Source: an uncultured archaeon (GTDB lineage: Archaea > Aenigmatarchaeota > Aenigmatarchaeia > QMZP01 > JACQNV01). Taken from it: a stretch of 64,000 nucleotides of DNA. The notes under the pieces are model-generated. The model did no database searches. It was not told the DNA's origin and saw nothing but the letters and a program-made list of their open reading frames with translations. Location: assembly GCA_964410585.1 (NCBI GenBank), contig CAYPFW010000001.1, positions 192,001 to 256,000 of the forward strand, in the 5' to 3' direction. Below are positions 20,801 through 27,465 of this stretch, piece after piece (the first letter of the stretch is position 1; every line of letters begins with the position of its first letter). Position numbers and translations under genes: made by a program.

Positions 20801-21592
20801 ACATTCTGAAAAAGACGAAAATGTAAATGTTTCATCATTAATTGGGCAAACCGGAAGACTGAGATCTACTTGTTGATTAATTGGGGTTGATTGGATATTT
20901 GTATTTTGCTTGTCACTTGATTGTGGATTTGATGAGACAGAGTTTTGTTGAATCAAGTCTGTTTGAGTTGGTGCATTATATATACAATCAATAAAAATAT
21001 CTGCCGGTTTTTGAAGCATGCTATCGGTACAAAGTGGTCCCGGATTTGTATATTTTCTTACCTGCTTACCATTTGATGGACAAACAGTAGGTTCTGGATC
21101 TCCAAGAATCCAATTAAATGAACAACCAGATGACTGACCTGTAGGCTGATTTTGATTGTTTGTGTGGTGGATTTCAGACTCAGATATACATCTTCCACTA
21201 GAGCATCCATAAACACAATCCTGAGCAATGCCTGCAACATTTTTGTTTTCACAATAACGCTCTGAGAGAACTTCTACTTTTTTTCCACTATAATCGTATG
21301 CAATATAGCAAGAATCTTCTATCTTTTTTTGTGTACCATCTGAATATGAAACAGTTACTTCTCCCTTTGTTTCATAAATTTTCCCACTATCAGAATCTGT
21401 ACAGGATACAACATCAGGTATTTTCGGAATTGGCGCAGGAGGATCATCTTTTTTCTTTTTTTCCCAAAATTTCCAACCCTTTTCCCAATCTTCCCAAAAC
21501 TTCCAACCCTTTGCCTGGGTTTGTGGAACATTTAGCAAGGAAGCTACAAATATAACAAGAATTAATAGGGCTACTAGCTGTATCCCTTTCAT
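14819..21592 (-). CDS. Giant exported multidomain protein (Cys-rich repeats, beta-helix-like segment, CBM48-like repeats) with C-terminal RelA/SpoT-like domain
   Basis: Signal peptide; CxDSD repeats; GxFxxW repeats; C-terminal KxxxSxxxK, DxxxxR, GFR, EVQITT, WxxxxHxxxYK. Confidence 0.75.
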   Translation of the reverse strand: MKGIQLVALLILVIFVASLLNVPQTQAKGWKFWEDWEKGWKFWEKKKKDDPPAPIPKIPDVVSCTDSDSGKIYETKGEVTVSYSDGTQKKIEDSCYIAYDYSGKKVEVLSERYCENKNVAGIAQDCVYGCSSGRCISESEIHHTNNQNQPTGQSSGCSFNWILGDPEPTVCPSNGKQVRKYTNPGPLCTDSMLQKPADIFIDCIYNAPTQTDLIQQNSVSSNPQSSDKQNTNIQSTPINQQVDLSLPVCPINDETFTFSSFSECQSDNFKTRTYTKNPDVNCRVDESLLLLKEQCIYTPPKCEDSDGLNYFIKSVSSGPYSGDTQKAFRTHEDVCVDQNQVQEGYCSPDGSLAIGGYVCPNGCSNGVCIQNQQLPTCTDSDYILSSLGTCQSNNKKTETYTKIGNCLGDQTKIKDVDCVYTKTCDQTNWQSTKWTVSCNNQCEYSRTWTNSDFCSGTIGKPSDETRLHPSSIRKKGYYLKSLEITDQTSAIPMGNAVLIPGGKTGEVLIDYMQLVVKDELGIETIIAEDKFDSGTTPFGGSWTINPWFGTKLRGQDIFYVENGNLVAPVYKYPNEVLHPWGTKFPRDVIPPGSKTIEMRAKVKATGDASWQWGLDFYKSSTADPSPMAEGGISDWYFAEHDWVDVVVGPIELINPKSNTEGSLISKDSQISLDSSVIVSSVRTSTLTQANLELSTSENSVIQHSTVKNSDILQSTISNSQVIDSFVDPSVVERSTVTGSDIIDSKVFDSTITRSSIKNMEIRNALVEDNILKSGSVVFAGKTYTAPLSLKLLDQPYLNQMNVFIQNEKLVIDGFSKLTVSDINSNSNEDCYTKSGSYSEKSGTVFEQRSGKFRLVGTFEGWSNDQAIIGTISGDQVVFDISSFNLPDGNYVFDIKYSEDGSPVCKGQWLWISQESGGLIKAAAGSNKIIVNIQNKKPYPASENPTLVTGNVLKDWVDGADLLVQGNKLTVKYSDKRIWYKNGQETTYNPIGKNIYFTGYFDGWKKMIPASVDSSGNIFVDLSDEKYPIGFVFGGGFVSDDGGTQNQASPDSNSYWLGLSNNDPKNIRLEPDGSIYLVFEKTETGIKQTDKQVDKNKLLLNDHIDDNRIKINGLKMEIEIYKNALYKNDQKFVPDSLVGKEFRAAGPFDAWMRSIKLPLIGTKLVLDLSSKPDGVYAFAIDTPNDEWVGIWNQNQKFVRNEDEGNGKRSYWIVVEKKNGQLVQFTGDKVPRTTFVFDVPYINPPTFVPQEDIAISPKNTNYNGGLIFTVSYVDKINAWDNVGKYTKYPLGTTDRAFYFDGEFDKWQKWVPVRKEGSTLTIDFNGFPDGLYVGDIFTDKSEWLWQSPMLPFVKTNVKNSEGYIGTHLVILKQGNELKPFNGPGTDVPVNWGWVQTKPSTANPDPIRTDVLNFYHVQIDDGKLLVKEWTDNKVSKIANGISQERIFENIPGQFVLKIGYSNVWSQLEIPGKVEGDKIVFDIRAQKLQSGDYPVNLVFNGNDGSKQWFWVEDAESRIVRKFDNYRLSIRSADNGDSILYSDGNMYLDNNKITSIVPVQQSSSGSGSVSISATCTWNSLLTDFEFFKWANEIKYGPWGSGKYKDAEGEIALKMFWQDAASTAMWSTYIDPQSFQKEFMDKRWNAVSGRLFEYVKGCANTNSGSGSSSPITMSAQSPVYDPPTSVLGWSSEEDESIYSDISDLNELTFEEFSPMTRGQAADSCNDFRGTGEEPLCTKSSDIKSLSYLRDRFRFVFTEEKIRSDGTKWFSAITSFEKGQRVRFGSGIWYEFIKKAQNDVPVSGIVGTNSPEENDAERWRYYVPISNEIDAGTHTYVEFQNIYTGRVAKIIYLKDGKSPVSIAGELFILYDLFEPFLGLPKTVEQNGKAGDGIITFADGSRIEYFENGKYGVKPFIEVNALSQNIYYISQPEDAPTLKEKAAKFASSTYSFIKDMLNVAQDSIGTDVSEDEVVSWLEAYDEIDTAITMSGIAPVMGGSKVVRFTTTSTKTALIKLIRLELKQTPKSPTILLLTKRFSIKTPLVSKLVSSGNKVALTKVEDVLEKIRRVKIPLSRVSTKLHQELNIIWPGKVKGSPKTSVSAFMKLEKDRVLTEQKLISGITEIEIKSGIRDWVRKRIVAENLNELESISKEFENRYRNIIIPYSENSIAKNTLQTGGAKGFRAKKYIMEFQGETVEVQITTKNIDKWDAWDHKKIYKTSMETDNDVIRYTKFVSDYFYDLDRGLRNLRIPDCPQKLVVRGDCFPF

Positions 21593-21650
21593 TTTGAGAA
21601 TTGATAGTAGGTTTTAAATAGGCATTTGTCCTAGTTGAGATTTACCTTGG

Positions 21651-21962
21651 TTATTCAGAAGTTGAAGAGTTGGTGGGGACTGTTCCCTGTTGCTTTCTAT
21701 ATTTCTCAATCTCTGTGAGAAGTCTTCTTCCATGATTAGGAAAAATAAAAAGCAGATTTTCGTCCCTATCAACCAATTTCTCATCGGCGGCTATTATTTC
21801 ACCAACCCACGAATTACATGTGCGGTGTTCACCAATTTCTTTATCATATATAAAATAACGAAGATCGGCTCTCGAAACATCAAAACGCCTCCTTTGTAGA
21901 AAATCTGCTACTTCTTCAACTTCCCTACTACTCAAAATGTAATCATTTCCATCTTGTCGCAT
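21651..21962 (-). CDS. Hypothetical protein (103 aa)
   Basis: ORF with TATA-like TTTAAAA about 22 nt upstream; co-oriented with and upstream of the giant gene. Confidence 0.6.
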   Translation of the reverse strand: MRQDGNDYILSSREVEEVADFLQRRRFDVSRADLRYFIYDKEIGEHRTCNSWVGEIIAADEKLVDRDENLLFIFPNHGRRLLTEIEKYRKQQGTVPTNSSTSE

Positions 21963-22068
21963 AGACTAAAATTAAACCAAAGTTTTAAATAACAAGCACA
22001 CGGTGCCAAAGAAGCCATCGATTAACCCTCCAAGAGACTATAAATACCAGTTTAAACCAAATATAGTT

Positions 22069-24582
22069 ATGTCGTGTAAGAGGGGCAAAAACCAAACACA
22101 TGATGTTCTGAGAGAGATTTCTGAGAAAATTTCAGTTTCTATATTTGTAATAATAATAGCATTTGGTCTTATTTTTCCAACAGGTGTTTTAGGTGCAACT
22201 CGATTACAAGAGACCTCACAGGAATCTGTGCCTACTGAATCTTCGCCAGCAGAAACAACACCAACTGAAACTCCAACAACATCTGATTCTCCTTCTGATA
22301 CAAAATCTGAGGAAACTCGAACTGAACCATCTGAACAACCAACGGAAACCTCTGCGAGTACTGAAGCAACTCAAACAGAAACAAAACCAGAAGATAGGCC
22401 TCCTATACAGTGTCCTCCAGAACAACACCCAGAGGGCCAATCATGTGTACCAAACAGGCCAACAGATGGACAGCCATTTGGACATCCAAGAATAGAGCCA
22501 CCCCCAGGATGTAGGGTTGAGAGAAATGATGTGGGGATAGAAAGTGTAATTTGTGATCAACAAAAAATGGAACAGAAATGTCCTCAAGAAAATTTTGAAG
22601 AAATGGCAAACCAGTGTTCATCAAATGGTGGAAAACCTATTAGAGTCAATGAAGGCTTCTGCCCCTCTGTTAGATGCGAATTTTCTGATTTTTCAAAAAG
22701 GAGACAAGAACAAGTATTCAATAATTTCCAACCAACGTCTCGGCTTCAAAACCAATTTGCAGGACAACCACAAAAACAATCATGTCCTTTAGAACAGGAA
22801 ATAAGACAAACACTTGAAAGCTGCGGAAAAATTCAACAAGAACCACGTGTTATCCAATCAGGTGGTTGTCCTGTTGCAATTTGTGTCCAACCACAGAGAC
22901 CTGTTTGTGAACCTCAGCCATCTACTTGCACAAAGGGAAGACCTGTTTACGAGTTTGAAAATGGATGTCCTGTGACACGGTGTGTTGGGGAAAACGAATT
23001 TGCTTCTAGAAATGTTCAATTTGAACCACCTAAAGATGCTTATGAAAAATGTGCAGAACAGCATAATGGAAAAGGCGAATTAATTATAACAAGAGAACAG
23101 AATGGCCAAGTAGCTGATGTTAGATGTATAGGTCCAAGCTCAGATGAGGATGCTGCCTTTGAACTTCCAGAAGAAATTCCAGAATCAACTGAACTTCTTG
23201 GTATAGCGCTTAAACTAGAACAATTGAAACTAGAATTAGCAAAATTAGAACAGCAAACAAAACAAATGGCAGACAACTGGAGAGATTTGGGAAATACAGG
23301 CGAACAAGAAAGAATGAAAAGAGTTTCAAACATGTTTGGTACAGCTGATGGAAGGATAGAGGAGATAAAATCAAAAATAAGGGACAAACTCGATTCACTC
23401 ACTAAAAATGATTTGCTCGATATTAAACAAGATATAAAACAAATAAAGGATGTTCTGCTAAAAGACGCTTTGTATTTGATGTTGAGCCAGAGTGATGAAG
23501 TGAAAGAAGGGTTTACAGTAAAACTAGACGACTCAAAAAAAGCACAACAATTTAGAGAAAAGAAAAGAGTTGAATTTGAAAGAAGAGGATTTGAAGGAGA
23601 CGATGTTTTTGCAGAACAGATGAGAGAATTCAACAAATATTTCACAACATGCCAACCATACAGCTTCCAGCCTGGAGACGGACAAAGCCCACCAACAATT
23701 ACAATAGTTGGCTTGGAGGGAGATACATGTATTGTAAAAGCTGAGCAAAACAGTCTAGAATTTGGTCCGCCAGAAGGAGCAAACATACCAGAGTCAGAGA
23801 AAATAAAGTTTGATGAATTGAAAACCAAAATCAAGCAACGGCTTGGTGATCCACCATATGACATGACTTGCAAATTCGCAGACTATGCACTTGGCATGCC
23901 TGAAAAAGGACCAGGTGATGATAGGAAATCTCAATGTACTGGAAAAATGTTAGAGTTGGAGAAATTAATGGAAGAACAATTTGGTGGACCGGGAGGACCT
24001 GGAAAACGTGGACAAGAGCAGTTCCCTCAAGGATTTGAAGGACCAGGTGGATGTTCAAGCCCACAGGAATGTGAAACATACTGCCAACAACCTGGAAAAG
24101 AACAAGAATGTAGGGAAGCATTTTCTAAACTTGGTGGTGTTCCAAAAGAGGCCTTCCAGAGAGGTGAAGGTATACAAAGAAGCGGACCTGGAGGATGTAC
24201 ATCACAAGAAGAGTGCCAAGCATACTGCAGCGATCCAAGAAATGCAGATGAGTGCGGTATAAGACCAGGAGGCTTCGGCGGACAGGGATTTGGTGGACCA
24301 CAAGGTGGTTTCCGGCAAGGAGATTTCCAAAACAACTTTAATCCAGAAAATTTCAAAAATAATTTTGATCAACAAGGCGGATTCCCTCAGGGAGGTTTCC
24401 AACAAAAATGCCCAGATGGAATATGCGATGAGGCAGAACAAAGGGATCCAAACCTCTGTCCTCAAGACTGTTTTAGACAGCCTGTTGAACCACAACAAAC
24501 TCAACCAACAGAAGTTCCTCCTACTGATACAACACAAACTGAACCCAAACCAGGGGAACCAAGAACAGATCAACCAGCATAG
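22069..24582 (+). CDS. Exported Cys-rich, Pro/Thr/Gln/Gly-rich protein
   Basis: N-terminal hydrophobic segment; repeats 'GCP...C' and 'GPGGC...EC..YC'; central coiled coil; probable ATG 22069. Confidence 0.75.
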   Translation: MSCKRGKNQTHDVLREISEKISVSIFVIIIAFGLIFPTGVLGATRLQETSQESVPTESSPAETTPTETPTTSDSPSDTKSEETRTEPSEQPTETSASTEATQTETKPEDRPPIQCPPEQHPEGQSCVPNRPTDGQPFGHPRIEPPPGCRVERNDVGIESVICDQQKMEQKCPQENFEEMANQCSSNGGKPIRVNEGFCPSVRCEFSDFSKRRQEQVFNNFQPTSRLQNQFAGQPQKQSCPLEQEIRQTLESCGKIQQEPRVIQSGGCPVAICVQPQRPVCEPQPSTCTKGRPVYEFENGCPVTRCVGENEFASRNVQFEPPKDAYEKCAEQHNGKGELIITREQNGQVADVRCIGPSSDEDAAFELPEEIPESTELLGIALKLEQLKLELAKLEQQTKQMADNWRDLGNTGEQERMKRVSNMFGTADGRIEEIKSKIRDKLDSLTKNDLLDIKQDIKQIKDVLLKDALYLMLSQSDEVKEGFTVKLDDSKKAQQFREKKRVEFERRGFEGDDVFAEQMREFNKYFTTCQPYSFQPGDGQSPPTITIVGLEGDTCIVKAEQNSLEFGPPEGANIPESEKIKFDELKTKIKQRLGDPPYDMTCKFADYALGMPEKGPGDDRKSQCTGKMLELEKLMEEQFGGPGGPGKRGQEQFPQGFEGPGGCSSPQECETYCQQPGKEQECREAFSKLGGVPKEAFQRGEGIQRSGPGGCTSQEECQAYCSDPRNADECGIRPGGFGGQGFGGPQGGFRQGDFQNNFNPENFKNNFDQQGGFPQGGFQQKCPDGICDEAEQRDPNLCPQDCFRQPVEPQQTQPTEVPPTDTTQTEPKPGEPRTDQPA

Positions 24583-24611
24583 GATAAAAATTGATCAAAA
24601 GTTTAAGCGTC

Positions 24612-24696
24612 GTGGAAGGCGTTTAAAAAATTTTGGAGTCGAGACGACAAAATTTTTAGCCTCCTGTTTTGCTTAAGCTTTTAGGATAAAAGCTTA
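24612..24696 (+). repeat. Dispersed hairpin repeat, full copy
   Basis: GTGGAAGGCG-tt-tAAAAAATTTTG-loop-CAAAATTTTT-AGCCTCC-tgttttgct-TAAGCTTTT-aggat-AAAAGCTTA. Confidence 0.8.
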
Positions 24697-24887
24697 TGAA
24701 AAATAAAAAAGTGGCCTTAGGCATATTGGTTTTATTGGTTCTAGCAATAGCTGTTTCCGGATGCACATCAAAACCACCAGAAGAAATTAAAAAAGAAGTT
24801 GCTAACCAAACAATAGATGTTGTAAAAAGCGTCGACAATGTGCAAAATATTTTAGACGACATTGACAAAAGTTTGAGTGGGAAATAG
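24696..24887 (+). CDS. Small lipoprotein (63 aa)
   Basis: Basic N-terminus, hydrophobic core, lipobox VSGC. Confidence 0.7.
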   Translation: MKNKKVALGILVLLVLAIAVSGCTSKPPEEIKKEVANQTIDVVKSVDNVQNILDDIDKSLSGK

Positions 24888-25032
24888 TTTTTATTCGTTT
24901 TTTTAAAATTTTACTACTTAATATAATAAATACTTTTACTTTTTCCTGTTTTAAATGTAAAGTATTTAAGTATGTAAGTATAAAGATATAATACATATAA
25001 AAAAATTTTTATATTTTAATGAGTTGGGGGGT

Positions 25033-25791
25033 ATGGGTAGCTGGAAACTGAGACCTAGCTATCCAGTGGGCATGGCAGCAAGATATACAGATAATCCAAG
25101 AGATCATCTTAGAAGTCTAAGGGGCGATTTGAATCTAAGCTCATATGATACTTATTCTAATGCAGAATTAGATAAGGCTCTTGAAACAACTGAAAGGGTT
25201 TTTGGCGTTCTGAGACTAATTAGCCAAAGAGAAAGGGAACCTAAACAAAGAAGCGGTTTTAAGGGATTTGTTGACAGAGCAGTAGACACTTATGATAGAC
25301 TTCAATTAGCAATAAGAGGAGAGACACCTTCAACACCTGGACGCACAGGTATATTGGCAATAATTGGAAGAAAAAATCCAGCATATGAAATATCCGCACC
25401 AATGGATAGGCCAAGAGCAATACCAGTAAACGGCAGACCTTTTTTAGATCATGGAGTAGAATACATAGTTTATCAATTACAGGGAATGGCCAGATCTGGA
25501 CCAGGAGAAGTTGACGGTGCATACTGTTTTGATTTGAATGGAAACTTATTTGATGTTGGGAGAAGAATAGTAACACCTGCTGAATTTGGATTAAATGGAA
25601 CAAGCGAGGAAGTGAGAAAAATAAAAGGAACTTTAGGAACAAAACATGAGGCTGCCGCATTTGCATCTAAGCAGGGTTTGATATCTGTTGCCCTAAGCGA
25701 GGAAGTTGGAACAGTGATCACATTTATCGGTGGGAAAGTTATTCCAGACTATGTATATAGACCAGAAGGACTAGTGATCCCAGAAAGATAA
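25033..25791 (+). CDS. Diadenylate cyclase (DAC/DisA_N) domain protein, variant active site
   Basis: VDGA motif, GTKHEAA (canonical GTRHRAA), 'ALSEEVGTVITF'. Confidence 0.75.
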   Translation: MGSWKLRPSYPVGMAARYTDNPRDHLRSLRGDLNLSSYDTYSNAELDKALETTERVFGVLRLISQREREPKQRSGFKGFVDRAVDTYDRLQLAIRGETPSTPGRTGILAIIGRKNPAYEISAPMDRPRAIPVNGRPFLDHGVEYIVYQLQGMARSGPGEVDGAYCFDLNGNLFDVGRRIVTPAEFGLNGTSEEVRKIKGTLGTKHEAAAFASKQGLISVALSEEVGTVITFIGGKVIPDYVYRPEGLVIPER

Positions 25792-25803
25792 TAGGAGGAA
25801 CAT

Positions 25804-26085
25804 ATGGGAATAGAACAATATCAGGAATTTCAAATGGAACCGACAGTAAAAAAGGCAACAATTACAATTTCAAGGGAGTCTTTTGAGAGATCAAATGATG
25901 TCGCAAGAATTTTATCAAAGGTCAGGAAAAAAGAAGTTGTGATTGCAAGCTTTACAAAAAATGATGAAGTAAAATATTCACTGCCTGCACTGAAAACAGA
26001 ATCTGAAAAACTTGGGTCACAAATGTATGCAGTGGACAATCTGCTATTTATTGTTCCTAAGGAAATTTCTTTGAGAACTGGATAA
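25804..26085 (+). CDS. Possible archaeal SepF-like cell division protein
   Basis: 'F....DV..IL..VR...VVI' and C-terminal 'LFIVPKEI.L' resemble archaeal SepF; GGAGG SD. Confidence 0.5.
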   Translation: MGIEQYQEFQMEPTVKKATITISRESFERSNDVARILSKVRKKEVVIASFTKNDEVKYSLPALKTESEKLGSQMYAVDNLLFIVPKEISLRTG

Positions 26086-26167
26086 ATTGGTTTCTAACAA
26101 ACATTGAGAAAATAGTAAAGTTTATATTAGGGAAAAAAGAATATCTATAATTCATTTGAGGCCCTAT

Positions 26168-26284
26168 ATGTGTGATGTTTGTGGATGTACTATTTGTGAT
26201 GTTTGCAACAAAACTCCAGCTAAGTGCAAATGTGCTGGGGGTCCGAAAAGAAGGGCTCTAAAAAAGATGTGGCCATTTCCTTAA
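26168..26284 (+). CDS. 38-aa Cys-rich metallothionein-like peptide
   Basis: MCDVCGCTICDVCNKTPAKCKCAGGPKRRALKKMWPFP; 7 Cys in first 22 aa; GAGG upstream; not in ORF track. Confidence 0.6.
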   Translation: MCDVCGCTICDVCNKTPAKCKCAGGPKRRALKKMWPFP

Positions 26285-26432
26285 GCTTTTTCTGTGAAAA
26301 AAGTCGTGTCTCCAAGTAACAACGCGAACCTCTAATAGTTCACGAGATTGTGTGAGCATCAGCGAAACACAAGATGTGCTCACAGCTCATGTGCTGAGGC
26401 ACATGACATCTCATCATCTTTCGCATTTGGCG

Positions 26433-26479
26433 AGATGCTGAAATTCTTCGCTGCTGCTCGAATTTTTTTACGCCTTCCA
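26433..26479 (-). repeat. Dispersed hairpin repeat, degenerate copy
   Basis: Minus strand TGGAAGGCGT-AAAAAAATTC-loop-GAATTTC-AGCATCT directly after the stop at 26481. Confidence 0.65.
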
Positions 26480-26480
26480 T

Positions 26481-27419
26481 CTAATCATTCCCCTGTTCTT
26501 TTGGTTCTTGGTCTGATTTTAAAATTGCAGAAGTGTCTTGTAAAACCTCTGCTGGTGTTATTGCTTGGTTTTGTAAAATGTTTGTAGGATTTTGAGAAAC
26601 GTCTGTTGGCCTCGGGTCTTGTGTTATTTCAATTGGTTCAACAAAAGCCCTCACATAGATCCAATGCAAAACTTCTGCAGATACATTTGCTTGTTTGTTT
26701 AACAGTGTTACTAGAGTCCTATCTATTTCAGAATCCCATTCCTCTGCCCCAATAAATGCACCTGTTCCATCTTCGCCCATTGGAATTCTTCTCAAAAAAT
26801 CTGCAGCTGGAAGTACAGTTCTGCTCCCATAATGAGCTAATCTAGCAACTTCAACTGTTCCTTTGTAAGGGTCTACGCCTCTTAATTTTCCATCAAACTT
26901 TAATGGATATTGTGATGAATTTAATCTCTCGCTTTCTTGGACATCCATGTTAACTTCTAATTCAATTTCTCTATGAACATCTTGATCCTCACTTCGCTCT
27001 GTGTGAGCCGCATGCATATCGCATACTGGGTGGATAGCTTCCCCACATTTTTCTACAAACAATTTTAGATCCTCTTGTGTTACTTGACCTCTTTGTCTTG
27101 CCCTCTCTATTACTTCTATAGCCTCATATGCTTTAGTTTCAGCAAAAAGTGGTGCAGAATCATCAACAACTACTCGCCTTCCATTACGCAATTCGAAATA
27201 TGTGTGATGTTCAACTGCAAACCTATCTGCACCTATAGCTCCACGGAAAAGTGCATCTCTATATCTTTCAAAAAAATCTTTTTCTTCCTCAGGCAAAAAA
27301 CTAGCAGCTTCCTGTGCGAGCCATTTATGTGTTTTACCATACCAAGCATAAGAAGTAGAGGGAATCAAAGATAGGAAAACAAAAACACTTGAAACAAAAT
27401 ATCTAAAAGGTCTATACAC
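26481..27419 (-). CDS. Secreted zinc-dependent phospholipase C / P1-S1 nuclease superfamily protein
   Basis: Signal peptide ending SYA, mature N-terminal W...TH, 'GAIGAD', 'HH', 'HPVCD..AAH', 'H..IE' zinc ligands. Confidence 0.78.
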   Translation of the reverse strand: MYRPFRYFVSSVFVFLSLIPSTSYAWYGKTHKWLAQEAASFLPEEEKDFFERYRDALFRGAIGADRFAVEHHTYFELRNGRRVVVDDSAPLFAETKAYEAIEVIERARQRGQVTQEDLKLFVEKCGEAIHPVCDMHAAHTERSEDQDVHREIELEVNMDVQESERLNSSQYPLKFDGKLRGVDPYKGTVEVARLAHYGSRTVLPAADFLRRIPMGEDGTGAFIGAEEWDSEIDRTLVTLLNKQANVSAEVLHWIYVRAFVEPIEITQDPRPTDVSQNPTNILQNQAITPAEVLQDTSAILKSDQEPKEQGND

Positions 27420-27465
27420 GATTTTATATTTGGAAGAGGTTGTTTAAATATAACGATGTTATAGA

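Noticed and set aside
23040-23873. Long antisense ORFs here and within the adhesin gene
   Set aside because: Shadow frames caused by codon bias of the sense gene; no motifs
24888-25020. Very AT-rich intergenic stretch as a replication origin near mcm
   Set aside because: No ORB-like repeats or cdc6/orc1; more simply a promoter region
26359-26417. Minus-strand ATGATGA...CTGA spaced like a C/D box sRNA
   Set aside because: No convincing D'/C' boxes, and the interior forms strong hairpins; target cannot be checked here
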